Below, in pieces: positions 37,574-51,400 of a stretch of DNA of 64,000 nucleotides (position 1 is its first letter; the number at the start of each line of letters is the position of its first letter). The notes under the pieces are model-generated. The model searched no databases and was not told where the DNA came from. It saw only the letters and a list, made by a program, of their open reading frames with translations. The stretch is from Eledone cirrhosa (lineage: Eukaryota), in assembly GCA_964016885.1 (NCBI GenBank), contig OZ024743.1, positions 121,086,001 through 121,150,000 on the forward strand, given 5' to 3'. The position numbers and the translations under genes are program-made.

Positions 37574-38692
37574 ATATTTGGGGAGGGTCATATTTGCGTA
37601 ATATTGCCAGAATTAATAACAGAACACACTCACTGTTTGGTTGGTTTTCGCTTCTCGCTGTCTTTTATATATATATATCTGCGATCTAACTTACTCGGTC
37701 CTCAATGTTGCCATTGACTGACCGGCGGTCAAAAATAATACAGATACAATATAGACAAACACATATATATATAGTTTACATAAATCTTTCGTTGCACATC
37801 TGCAACATCGTCAGTGGTGTTATATTCATTGTTCCTCCTGTTGTGTTGTATGTCTACGCCATTTTTTTTTTGTTCAGTCTGTCTATATATTTATTTATTT
37901 ATTTGCTTGTTTGTTTATCTTATTTTATTTTGTCTTCTTTGCGCATGCGTTTGCGTGTGTGTATAGTGTGTGATGTGTGACTAGTGTGTATAGTGTTGTG
38001 TCTGCTGGGTGACTAGTGTGTGTTTATGTGCTTGTGTATGTATTTATTTATCTTATTTTATTTAATTTAATTTACTTATTTATTTATACTTCTCTTAGGT
38101 CAGTGTTGTTTGTTTGGGTGTTGTTGTTGTTCCACTCATTCTTTCTGTTTAGCTTTGGTCTTCTAATTTCTATTTCACTGGCCTCTCTGATTTGCCTATC
38201 TGCTGGGTCATTCCTATGTTTAGATATTATTCTAATTTCTATGTTGTCTATGTTACCGTCATGATGTTGTCTAGCATGTTCGTATAGTACTGACCCGTTT
38301 TTTCGTCCTTTTAGTTCCCCCCAGTGTTGGTCTATCCTTTCACCTATGCTACGAGCTGTCTCACCTACGTATGTTGTTGTCGTGTTTCTGCAAGTACCCT
38401 CTGTACATCTTATGCTATAGACTACGTTTCTAGTTTTACAGTTTATCCGATGTTGCAGATGTGCAACGAAAGATTTATGTAAACTATATATATATGTGTT
38501 TGTCTATATTGTATCTGTATTATTTTTGACCGCCGGTCAGTCAATGGCAACATTGAGGACCGAGTAAGTTAGATCGCAGATATATATATATAAAAGACAG
38601 CGAGAAGCGAAAACCAACCAAACAGTGAGTGTGTTCTGTTATTAATTCTGGCAATATTACGCAAATATGACCCTCCCCAAATATAACAATAT
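37568..38692 (-). mobile_element. Truncated Penelope element of a second family: GIY-YIG domain plus terminal repeat, with inverted copy of the repeat at the 5' break
   Basis: Minus-strand translation of ~38120-38440 (absent from track): CKTRNVVYSIRC..YVGETARSIGERIDQH..SVLYEHARQHH..RQIREASEI..PKLNRKNEW; 37568-37810 is inverted at 38448-38692. Confidence 0.9.
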
Positions 38693-38797
38693 CTGTTTCG
38701 ACACACGATTTCATATAAAAAACCTCGCAAAACTATATATATATATATAAATATATATATAAATACACACATACATACATATATACATACATACATA

Positions 38798-38974
38798 CGA
38801 TGGCAATCCCAAAAGTAGAGGTCTCCTTTCGATATTGCAACTTTTCCGTTAAAATACTGTGGATGGTGCTTCGGGAAACCCCAGGAACCAAAATGCAGAG
38901 AGCATCCAGAGTGATCCGCCGATCTTTACACATGTTTTCCTTGGAAGGAGACCTTACTTTCGGGATTACCCTCG
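38798..38974 (-). mobile_element. Internally deleted mariner element
   Basis: TIRs CGATGGCAATCCCAAAAGTAGAGGTCTCC / GGAGACCTTACTTTCGGGATTACCCTCG with TA flanks; remnant DRRITL..VSRSTIHSILTEKLQYRK. Confidence 0.85.
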
Positions 38975-39025
<51 letters not shown>

Positions 39026-39095
39026 AAAAAGAGATGAAATCGAAAATGCAACTGGAGTCTTATTTTTTTTAAAAATATATATATTTATTTGGTTC

Positions 39096-39131
39096 CTTTA
39101 CCGGTTTCGCAGTTCTTCTGCTTTTCAAAAG
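39096..39131 (-). ncRNA. Minimal hammerhead ribozyme, U3-A8 core
   Basis: ctt TTGAAAA gcag aagaa ctgc GAAA ccgg TA aag, with AATAAA just downstream. Confidence 0.75.
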
Positions 39132-39575
39132 TTGAGTTGAGATGGAGGGTCTGTGGTTTTTCTCACATATTCGCACGTTCTTCTGTTCAAAATGAATTAT
39201 TGACTTGATTTTCTCATTTTTCCTCTCTTTACGTTGCCTCACATTTCGTGTTTGTTTACATGTCTCTCTTTCTCTCCCAACTCTTTTTATCCCAATAACT
39301 TATTTTAGTTATTGCATCGCCCTAGCCTGAGGTATATGGTCTGTAATGCGAAGAAATACCTATGATGGCTAGTAGACCACTGATGACGGATAGTCCTGGC
39401 TTCTATTTTTAATTATTCATTTTTATATATATATATAAGTGTAGCTATATATAAATATATATATATATGGTGGGTAATAATAAATAAGTATGAAAATAGC
39501 TCGATGTAAAATAACAAGTATAATACAGAGCCGAAATGAAAAGCAAAGAGTGTTTAAACTTTCAAACATTTAATC

Positions 39576-39620
39576 ACTGACGATCTTTTCATCCTAGCAC
39601 AAGGCCGGAATCATCGGAGT
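39576..39620 (-). ncRNA. Degenerate hammerhead-like motif (CCGAUGA)
   Basis: act CCGATGA t tcc ggccttgtgcta gga t GAAA agatcg TC agt. Confidence 0.5.
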
Positions 39621-39701
39621 TGATGACAAAAGTCAAACACAAATATAAGATCAAAACTTTGTCACAAGAACATTAGGAGGATACAAAATATGGGAGGATA
39701 G

Positions 39702-39738
<37 letters not shown>

Positions 39739-39777
39739 AGTACAGACGAAGTGTCAAATTTCCATTAAGTTTATTCA

Positions 39778-39865
39778 GATGTGACGCGCGTTTCGGGATT
39801 GATCAGCTCAATGTTCACTATCCATTCATAGGCCCGAAATTGGACTCAAAAGCTCATCAGACATC
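39778..39865 (-). ncRNA. Type I hammerhead motif with canonical core and long domain II
   Basis: gatgt CTGATGA g..~57 nt..c GAAA cgcgcg TC acatc, followed by tgAATAAA. Confidence 0.72.
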
Positions 39866-42240
39866 ACTTTGTTTAAACTAGTGGTGCCTCAGCATCGCCT
39901 CAGCCGGATGGCTCGAACAGGTAAATGAGTAAAAGAGAATATATATATATATGTATATGTGTGTGTGTGTGTGTTTGTCTGTGTATGTGTGGTGATTGTG
40001 TGTCTCACGTACACGTTTGTAGTATGTATGTTTTTATATTCATATGTATGTAATGTGTGAGTTTACATGTGTGTTTGCATATGCGTTCACACGCGCCTAT
40101 ATGCTCACACATGCCATATTCATATAGGTGTGAACATGTTGTGTGTAAAGTGCGCACACATACATACGCACGAAATCAATGACACGCTTGAAAGCACAGA
40201 AAATAGACAACTGATCCGTGCACGCAAACACACACTCACAATCACTCAAGCAAAGCCTGACTCTCAGTTTGTAAGTTGTTCTTTTAGTGCCGTATCACAT
40301 GGGAACACAGCATCTTTACATTATTCGCCTCGCTGATCTTGCCCTCACATTAAGTCGTTTCTCCTTCTCAATTACCTCGAACCAATAATTAACGGAGTAG
40401 CTACTGGTAATTTCTCTTCTGTTGTTTTCCTAAATTAAACATTTTTATTCAGTGCCTTTGGTTTGTACTTTACTGTTCCGTTCATATACATTTATTTTCA
40501 TTTCCTCATTAATTCATTCAATTTCTCTTTGTTGGCTTTTCAGTATATTTCTTGATGTTTTTGCTCTTTGAATCACACCACTTACCTCGAGGATTATGGT
40601 AAATATATCCTATCATCCTATATACATAGAGATATATCAGCTGTAATGTGGTTTCTTTGAAACACATTAAGTAACTTTATAGTTTTCCTATTTAAGCTCT
40701 CCAGTTCACTTAACTTCATATTTATTATGTAGAAGCTGTCAGTTAGACTGGTATAGTTAAAATATTTAAACCTATTATCTTTTTTCTGATATTGATTTTT
40801 TTTTCCATACGATTTTTCTCTTGTACACCTTTTTGATATTGTCCCTCATTTATGTTTGCTGTATCTTATCATCTTCATCTATTTCTAATTATTTGTATGG
40901 ATGGTTCTATACTATATCTCTCATTCCAGTGTCTGAATCTAATGTATGGTTTCATTCTATATAAATAGCCTCAATCTCAGAACAGTTTTTTTTTCTTTGT
41001 ACATTTACCTATCAAATCCTATAACACAGCTGAATCGATGCTCAGCTTTTAGTAGGTTATCCCTCCGGACCGTTGCTCTTGTCAATAGCTTCATATCATC
41101 CATAACATTTATATCTTTCCGAAGCAATGAAAACAATATCAGTCATTCAATTATGTGGTGTTCTTTTTTAATTCATAAGTATTTCTAATTACTATCAGAA
41201 AAATACTAAGATGCTTCTTTAACATTACATATTCAAATTTGATGATTTGTTGAGATGTTTAGCCTTAAAGATACGGACCTGTGATATACTTGTTTTGAAG
41301 TCCAATCACGGTTGTAAAGAACACGCACAGTATACTTGAGCTACGAATAATATAAGTTGTTAAAAACCTTTGGTGCATAACGGATGTTGATGGATTTCAT
41401 TAAGAGACATATATTACACTGAGGCACCAACAAGAATTGAGTCCCTCTAAGTCCGATATTTTAAATTTATTCATATTCTCTTTATGCCTATACTTGTATA
41501 CATTCTTGAGCTTCAACATAATTAGACTGAAGTCGAATAAATTGAATAGTTTAGATAGGAAAATAAAGCTACTTACTGGGTTTCCCCCAAATCACCATAA
41601 AGGCAACATAGAGTGAAAGAGGTTGGCTACAAAGAGAAAGCTATTAAAAAAGGCAGGGGGTTCTAGAAAATATATATACACTCAAATACATACCTAAATA
41701 TGTATGTGGGCACACACAAGTGGACAAATACACACAAAACATATGTAATTGTACGTTTATATATAAATATGTTTGTATGTGTATATCGATTACTGTAAAA
41801 TATATATGAAAATAGAGGATGCGAATGTAGTTAACCAGAAGTTACTTACAACATAGTGGATGTGCAGCTGCAAGTAATCAATTTATATTACATCATTTAA
41901 TGTTCAACATATTGTTTCTTTTATGTTAGTAATTGCTACAAAAATGTAATAGGTGGTCATAATATTGAGAGATAAAAGCATGAAATCGTGTGATTAAAGA
42001 TAACAGCTGCTAGTAAGGCATTCCTTGCCTTAAAATAACTTTTTTTTTTACTGAGGGACGTTCGTAAAGTTCAACAACACTGAAATGCAAAGCACAGTTA
42101 TCTCATTTGTTTAAATGTTCTTCGAAAATGAAGGAATAATAACACCTGTTTTGAACCAACCAATGTCTGGTGGAATATTGAACATATAAATGAAGCACAT
42201 AAATGTTCACATTCTTTTACACACCCTCTTGTCTAGACAC

Positions 42241-42310
42241 ACACACACTAACACACAAACACTTATATATATATATATTGTATACAAAGCCTACTTTGTG
42301 TCTCCCTATT

Positions 42311-42408
<98 letters not shown>

Positions 42409-42590
42409 CACACACACTAACACACAAACACTCATATATATATATATTGTAGACAAAGCCTACTTTGTGTCTCCCTATTTATATACATACATACAAATGT
42501 ATGTATATAAATAGGGAGACACAAAGTAGACTTTGTTTACAATATATATATATATATATGAGTGTTTGTGTGTTAATGTGTGTGTGTGAT
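42241..42590. repeat. ~75-bp unit present twice in direct and once in inverted orientation around (CA)n
   Basis: CTAACACACAAACAC..ACAAAGCCTACTTTGTGTCTCCCTATTT at 42248 and 42417, inverted at 42508-42580. Confidence 0.85.
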
Positions 42591-42631
42591 ATATATATAT
42601 ATATATATATACAACGATGATTCATAGGTGT

Positions 42632-42948
42632 GTATATGAAATCATATACGATATGTTTATGTATAATAAACATGAAAATCTCAGCATGATTATGTGAGGA
42701 GGCCTGACAGCTGTTTCTGGATTTTTATCCGCCATCGGTTACATTTAGTCATTACTGAGACAAGAATAGGCAGAAGCCTAAATGGTTTTTAAATATGAAG
42801 CATTGGCCAGTGATGCTCATTTGCATATAATGCTATTTCAACTGGTTAGAGGTAATTATACGTGGCATTAACATAGCGTGGTTCATGATAAGGACATATA
42901 TGAAAGCATATACGATATGTTTATGTATATTTAACATACAAGAATCTC
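42632..42948 (-). mobile_element. Small Penelope pLTR-like unit with ~50-bp direct repeat and decayed hammerhead
   Basis: TATATGAAA.CATATACGATATGTTTATGTATA recurs about 264 bp apart; minus strand CCGATGG c ggat aaaa atcc a GAAA cagctg TC at 42703-42740. Confidence 0.55.
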
Positions 42949-43135
42949 GCTATAAATTTCTTAAGTTATACTTCCGTTTGCATTTATCTCTACATAGCAG
43001 TCAGCTTCCAGTACAAAATCAGAGTGGCTTTATCCTTATGTGCAGAACTGATGAATGCAATATAGTGGCATTGCAGATACAGAAGTTTATATATATAGCT
43101 ATATAGGTAAAACAAATTGTAGTGTAAATATATAA

Positions 43136-43315
43136 TTGCTTCTACTTTTGGCACACAGCCAGCAATTAACCAGTGCATTACTGGTACTTTATTTTATCGA
43201 CCCCGTAAGGATGAAAGGCAAAGTTAACCTCGGCGGGATTTGAACTCAGAATGTGAAGGGCCGTAACTCTATGCTTCAAAGAATGGCCTCCGACCCTCTA
43301 CCGATACTGCCAATT
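43136..43315 (-). mobile_element. tRNA-SINE copy
   Basis: Family match. Confidence 0.85.
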
Positions 43316-43319
43316 CAGT

Positions 43320-44070
43320 TTTTGCTTCTAATTAAAATACGTTTAACTCTGCTTTCACATGTCCAATGACCTTCCAATGACCTTCTTGATGTCATTGACA
43401 GACCACGTGAAGATATTAACGGCTTCACCTCCCTTAGTTCAGCACATTCTAACGCATTCTTATTGGATGTTAATCTCAACAATCTGTGAAACAGCCACAT
43501 ACTCAGACTGTCAAATGAGTATGGGACAATAACTCACTGACGAAGCACATCCAGACCTGATTTTATCAAGCTCTCGATCATCCGTTAGTGAGGCAAGAAT
43601 TCCATCTAAATAGCTTCATATGAGATTCTTCTGGTCGTGCTGCACCTATCATATTAATATCCTACTGTTTGCCAGTATCCCCGATATGTACTTGCTGCTG
43701 AGCCAACGCTACCTTCATTGGCTGGAGCATGTTCGGCACATGAAGCTCACAAACAAAACTGGGGGAAATTTAAGATTGTAATCCCGATTCAAAGTTGCTT
43801 GCAAAAGAGACTTAAGTATCTTCAATGTCCCCCCGAAAGAGCTGTGAAATTCGTAACACTAAATGCCATACTATCAGTAAAAGCATTAATAGATCACCTT
43901 ACACCAGTGAAGAGTACATGAAGGAAGATCGCTATAGCCACTCCAACAATACACATTTCAGATTTCTTCTGAACCAACTGCAGCAAGAGTAGATCGTCAT
44001 AGCCACAGTCAATGCTGCAGAGTCCCAACAAATCTCAACGACAAAAGGTGCATTCATATGGTCTCCCAAG
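43320..44070 (-). mobile_element. Old LINE relic (RTE-like)
   Basis: FHRLLRL...GH pattern at 43315-43500 resembles an RTE C-terminus; heavily decayed. Confidence 0.4.
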
Positions 44071-44249
44071 ACCACATCGCCAATGATAATAATAACAACA
44101 TTATTCAACGTTATTCCCTCGTAGTTTCAAAAATAAAGCAGATGTCCTCCTTTATACAAGAGGAGACTATCACAAGGGGAAGAAGAGAAGTGCGTCTTTA
44201 TTAGTTGAAATGTTCAACATTACAAATATTATTCTCTTTAGAAACAAAA

Positions 44250-45600
44250 TGGTGCCCAATCATTACAAGAAGAAAGTTCAAAAGACTAGAATAGTTGGAG
44301 CAATTCTTTCTTCACATGACAGAAGTACTGTCGATTTAGAAAACGATCAGAGTTAACGTGGGCATAAATTGCAGTTATCAAAAGAAAAACAATTGATGTT
44401 ATTCACCAGCAGAAAATTATACAAGAAGATCAATGTTGTTAACAATCTTGCAACGCTTGGCAGTTTTAGTCAGAAGTGTTGGCATGCAAAGTTTATCATT
44501 CCGTAGAACTAAGAACAAAATGCTAGCAATGGGAATCTTTTAACGGTTTGTAGAATATCTAGCCCTCTTTGATCTTATCATGAGCATTTGTACAGAATTA
44601 AAGATCAAAATAAAATGATTTATACTCCATAAAAAGATATCGAAAATGAGCTTATATAGCTTCTAACAAATGTTATAATAGAGTAAGGTTTAACAAATAC
44701 AAATTGCAGCAAAATACTATTAAATTATTTTTATTACATAATTGATGTTAGACATATTGAGCAAATGACAATGAGTGGATGTTTTGATGAAGTAATCACA
44801 TCGGATAATGATATTCCCAAGTCTGGAATTATAGAACATTTGAGGCGGGATATTTGTTCAACTAGAGAAGGCTACACGTGCCTTTATTATAATATTACAA
44901 TACTAGTTCTTCTTAGATTACCGGAAGTGCTAATTAAGAAGCTGTGAGGTCAAGGTTAAGATAATAGGAGGAGTATGGAATGCAAATAAATTGCCGTACA
45001 AGAGAGAGTTCTTAAGACTAAGTCATGTGCTATTTTTTTTGTCAATGCTACTGCCATATGTTCTTTGGAATCAACTAGTTTCTTCAATTTGGATCAACAG
45101 ATCTATAATCTTTTCTCGACGTCTACAAACTCTAACAATCTATATATCAGGATTACACATCGTTGAGTGAAACAAGATATTTTGAAACGAACAGTTCATC
45201 TGGATACACATTTCAAGTTAAAACTGAGACCCTAGATGATGCGCTTTGTAAGTTTTGTAAATTTTTTCTTATGCTATATCCACTCACTTTTTTCATAGCA
45301 CTGTACTAAAGATAAATAAGCAGATTTAAATTCAACAGTTTTAATCATATTCTGCTGAAATTGCAAAGAAAATAGAGATGCTATCACGTTAGAAAGAGGA
45401 GGAAGAAACGCTAATTTTAGTATGAGGCATCATAAAAAGTGGCACCATAAAAACACAAAGCAGAACTATTTCTATACATACGAACAACAATATCAGAAAA
45501 CTTACTTGTTGCCATGACAAATATGTCAATTGAACATACTCAGACATCAGCACTTAATCTGAATGACTTTACAAAGGAAATGTTATGCCAAATTGGATTT
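44250..45600 (+). mobile_element. Decayed hAT transposase relic
   Basis: Scattered motifs QSLSFR, FVEYLALFD, IENELI, AAKYY, DVRHIEQMT and GQG*DN in hAT order; many stops. Confidence 0.6.
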
Positions 45601-47302
45601 TGAAGTGCCTGAAATTTATATTAGAAGACTTTAATATTTTAAAAACTATTCCCAATGTTTATGTTTTTAAACCTGTTTTCTTTCGATTTTCGTTTCTTTT
45701 TGTTTCTCTATCTCTAAGCAAAATATTGCGATAACATGACAAGCCGGTTATGTCAAATGACCTTAAATAGTATATAGTTGTGTTAACTTAAATGTTTTAA
45801 TGAGGAATTGTCATTGACGAAGTATATAGTCTACGAAGTGGCCTTTAGTTAAAAATGATGTGTCAAAATATTTTCCTTTGTATTTGAGAAACGTACTCAA
45901 AACTTGATTATTTATTTATTTTGCAATTTTTTATAAATTTAGTTGTTTTAAGTTTTGGACGTTTCTTGTTTTGATAAACCATACATGTTTGAGAATGTTG
46001 TGTTTGTGTGTGTATGCAAGTAGTTAAACATACATAAAGTGAAGATTTGACTGGCGCTGGTCCCGTATATATATAAAGGTGTATGTTTCGTGGATAGATA
46101 TAAACAACGATACACGAAGCACATGAGAAACAAATTAGATTTGAACACATGTACCCAGGTGATAACGATTCATATGTAAATATGGGCTCCTATCTCCTGA
46201 GAGAGTTGTACGGGTGCTGTAGTGAAAATGGTGAGTCTTGGATAGTTTTAACCCGGCCATGGTCGTCTCCTTTCCAGGTTTGAAAATAACCCATTTCTGA
46301 CAGAGAGGATGTGGAAATCGACTACATAACTGGATAGTAATTCTTTTATCGAGCTGGAAAGGATAAAAGATAAACCTTACCTCGGTGAAATTTGAACTCA
46401 GAAACAGCAGGGAGCTGGAAAGAATACCGCAAAGCATTCTATCGTACGTTTTAATCATTAAACCATTTCGCCGCAATCATTATAATTACAGGTATATTCA
46501 ACGCAAGCCAAGCCATATATCAGTTTTTTAATATCCATTCGAATTCTCGCTTTGTGTAAAATAATACATACATGAGCGCGTACACACATACACACATATG
46601 TATATATTTATAGATATACATATATACAACCAAGTATCTTCGGGTTCAATTGCGCAGTATATTGGGCAGCTACTTTCTACTATAGCTTTTGGTTGAACAA
46701 CGACTTGTGAGGGAAATTTGGTAGACGTAAAGTATTGTTGATCGCTATACATGTATACGCAGGCATACATACATTCATGACAGTGTTCTTGGTTTTGTGG
46801 TGCATGGTTTTCATTTACCCTCCTCGACAGATAGTTTCTGGTGGGGGCAGCCGGTTTAGTCACCGCCAACTGACCACGGAAATTGTTGTACAGGGCTACA
46901 TGGTACCAGTAACAGGTAGATACTTCTTCAAAAGTCCTATGGCGGTGGAGGAGTGGCAATTTGTGTAGACTCGACCGGTTAAAAATACATAGTCTCAAAT
47001 CGACACATGAGCGGATCGTGTCCTATTCTAACGTCGCTGCACAGTCAACCTGAACGGCAACATATTTCGGCGGAAACTTAGGCGTCTTAGTGACTCTTTT
47101 TGGGGGTTCAGAACTCACCTATACAGCAGGGAAAGGGTCTAGGAAAGGTGACCGAAACAAAGTCTGTTCACATATCAAAATGCCCAGCAGCCTACAGTTG
47201 GCGGTGGTTCATAGTATCGGGGAATTCGTTGAAGATATAGCCCTCTTCTGTAATGTGTGTGTGTGTGTGTTTATCTCAGTGTGAGTGTCTGTGTGTGTCC
47301 CC

Positions 47303-47370
<68 letters not shown>

Positions 47371-47475
47371 AAAGAGGGAAGAGAGAGAGAGAGAGAGAGA
47401 GAGGGAAGAGAGAGAGAGAGAGAAGGAGGGAGATACATATATATATATATATATACACATATATACGCATATATT

Positions 47476-47514
<39 letters not shown>

Positions 47515-47543
47515 TATGTTTACTTATGCATATGTATGTATGT

Positions 47544-47615
<72 letters not shown>

Positions 47616-48030
47616 CTGCTCCAAATCCTACGCATTTATTCTCTTTATTGACATTGAATGGATTAAACGGAAACATATATACAGAGATAGCTGCAATTCC
47701 TTGGTTTAAAGTTTACATCTGAAATGGTTGAACGCTTTCTGTACCAAGGGCATTTGGGCGCTTGATGCTAATGATATTTCTGCCGCGAATATGTAAATGA
47801 ACCTTGTTGGTGATGCGTAGATTCGTGCGCCATTTAACATGCATTTATCTCTCACAAATATAATTATGTTCAAAGTGAATATACATATACAGTCGCAGAA
47901 ACCATCAAATTCACACACAGTCGCATACACACATACACTCGCTCTCTCTCTCGCCCTCTCTCTCTCTCTCTCTCTCACATACACACACATATATACATAT
48001 ATACATACATACATACATATATATAAATAA

Positions 48031-48093
<63 letters not shown>

Positions 48094-48382
48094 TTCAAAC
48101 GTATAGCTGGAGACTTTTTCTGTTCAGTCATTTTACATTATATGATGTATGTAAGTGTATATGTAGTAATTCGTATATATGTATGTATATATATGAAAGT
48201 ATAATGTATCTGTATGTAACTATTTATGTATGCTTTATGTATGTATTTGTATATATTTTATATGTGTCTGTGTATGTCTGCATGTATGTGTGAATGCGTG
48301 TGTGCATGTGTGATGTGTGTATGTTATATGCATATATATACATATATATGTATTTATATATATATATGTATATATGTATATA

Positions 48383-48468
<86 letters not shown>

Positions 48469-51400
48469 CTTGCGTGTGTTTATATGGGTGTGCTTCTACT
48501 ATGCAGTTCTCATATTTGCATGTATCAATATTTGAAATTAATGGTGATATCTTTTATACAGATACATGCAGATATCCTTGTCACTATATAATCTTTCTTT
48601 ATTTCTCGCTTAAGTATCTGTGTGTTTGTATGCGTATGACTGTGTCTGTCTGTGTCTGTCTGTGTTTATATATATGCATACATATTTGTTAGTATGATGA
48701 GCTATAAATATGTCTCATGATCATACCCTAGTGCTTACGATTTACTAGAAGTATACGCATTTAGTTAGATTATTTATACATATTTTTGCGTATGCATATA
48801 TTGCAAATTTCTGAATGTTTTCTTAGTTCATGTGTTTGCTTTAATCCGATCCGAGCAAAGTAAAAATAAAAGAACAGCAACAAACAAAACAACACGCTAG
48901 TGCGCCATTCTTGGCAATGTTCTTATGGAGGTTAGTCATTGCCGGAAAATCAATAATGTGTCACCCAGCATGATACTGTTTTACACTCTTCATTTAATGT
49001 TGCCTGGCATATATTATTCATCTGTTATCCTATGCACATAGCTCGTGATTTTTTCTAAGTAGAGCCAAGGAGATTGCTCCGATGTTTTTCTCTGAAAACA
49101 AAGAAATCATGGTCTATATAAAATATCAATTCTTTCTTTAAAATAGAATCAAGTTGTATACAGATTGCCAGGAAATATTTGAATAATAGTATTTTATATA
49201 TTTAACAAATATGATTACTTCTATAAATATAGTATAGAGACGAATGGGATGAGCAGACAGTCAGAAATTAAGAAAGAGATATGGATGTAGCTGCATGTAT
49301 AGATGTAATTGCGTAAACATTTATCCGCATAAATATGGATAACAATTTATTTTGTATGCTGAAAACTCGTCATTAAATGAATGGCTGCATGTTCTCTGAC
49401 ATGTTCAGGGAATAGGCCTGTCTACTTTATCAGGCTGGTTGTGAATATTATATGTTTTACAGTTCAATTAGAAATATATAGTAGTGCCAATGTAGACTGA
49501 ACATAAGAAAATAACACATTAATTGTTCTAATTTATTTTTTTTTCGAATCTTCCAATCATTAATAATAACATGACGTCATTGATTGCACTAATGATATTA
49601 GGTCCGTGAATCTATAGCATGATTAAAAACGCTAACATTGTGTATTAATTAACCATAAAAGTTATCTTATTCGTTGATTTTGATGTCATATTTCCGTATA
49701 TAGCACAGCTGGTTTCCTCAACACTTCAGGTTTTTTGTTCTGTATTCTAAAAATCAATATCCGGCTTGTTGTGCGTGCATTTTATAGACTCTTTATTCGG
49801 GATTTTCCACCAGTATATTTTATATTAATATTCTTGTATAATGTCGTGTTTTCACCTCTTTTATTCTTTCTATACATTGCATTCCATATAGCTTTTGCGA
49901 CATGCAATTCATTCATAGAAAAAGTAAAATATATTTCTCTAGCTTTTAATGCTATTGATTATATCTTTCACGCAAACTTTGCACAGCCGATATTTATCAA
50001 CGCACCCCCATAGTTTTAAAATACTGTCTTTCTATCGATAAAATATTTTGCATAGAGTCACTTAATCTGCTTGTTGTATTGTAGAAGGAAAAGATGTAAA
50101 TTGGACCTTAATGTATAATTATCGCAGTGATGTTAGCTTTATTTTCCCATTTACTTAGGGAAAGCCTATGTTTTTTTTTTATTTATTTTAAACAGGCAAG
50201 ATACTTACCCGATGACTAATCCTCTCTCATGTCTAATTTACAGTTTATCCTCTTACACCTATATGTTTCAAAAGGTTTATTTTTAATTTTATATATAGTT
50301 GTTTTTTGTTTTTGTATTTAAATGTACAATAGGTGAGATTAACAATAATTTCGTTCATATGTACTGGAAACAGTTTGCGATCATTAAGACCTAAACTATT
50401 CTTTAACTTTTCTTTCTATGAAATCAAACGCTTCCACTCGTCATTTAATTCAATCTTTTCTATATATCTTCCAGTGGATTATCATATTATTCACATTACG
50501 GATTAAGCAACCCTATACAAATGAACTAAAACTTTAAATATCAGCATTGTTCATGAGATTTTGTTACACAAAACTTCTATATGAGCATCCCAATATTACA
50601 CTAATAATATTGAAAATTCTAATACATGTCGAACTGGTAATTTTAATTTCGAAGTTAGTGGCATTTAAACTTAAACCTTATATAGACGTTATATCTTATA
50701 TAGAATTAATGTTGCACTATTGTTCCTTAATTATATTTCTTCGAAATAATTTACATGTTCTCTATATATTCTTCCATTCGGAAATATATATGATAAATTA
50801 TTGTGGTTAAATAAGTTATTTAATCCGAATTTGTTGCTTATATTATCCATAACATGCAAGGGTGACCAGAAACTTTGAATATATTATACTGGTGATATCC
50901 ATAATCTTGACTCAGTATTAATATGCAGCTTTTATCTATTGATAGTTATTTATTGATACGGGTGAGGGAGAGACTTATTAAAAGACAGTTTGTATAGATT
51001 CTTTATTGATTTGAAATTTGCAATTCTTAAACACATCATCTTATATGTCGAGTCTTTCCCAAGCATATAGTGCATAGTTGTAGAATATGTTAGAACTATT
51101 GTAGAGATGGCTTTAAAAAGTTTTAGTAACCTCACATTTGGAATTAATGTTACTTCTCTCTCTTTCTTCCTAACACTCACTCTCTCTCCCATACAACACA
51201 CGCACATATGGGGGAGCGGGCTGTATGTATACAAATACATAATTACATACATATATATATACATACATGAAATTAGACGTTATGAACTTTAGCATGTAAC
51301 AAGCAAATTAAAAGCGCTTCGGCGAAACGTTAAGTAATATCAACCTTTTACCATGTCTCCTTTACCGATTATATTAAAGAATGGGCGTCTAATTAGACGC

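Noticed and set aside
40580-40645. Candidate minus-strand micro-exon (CAG..GAG|GTAAGT); similar candidates near 8060, 50210, 60275-60360 and 60590-60635
   Set aside because: Splice-like signals only; no coherent protein could be assembled.
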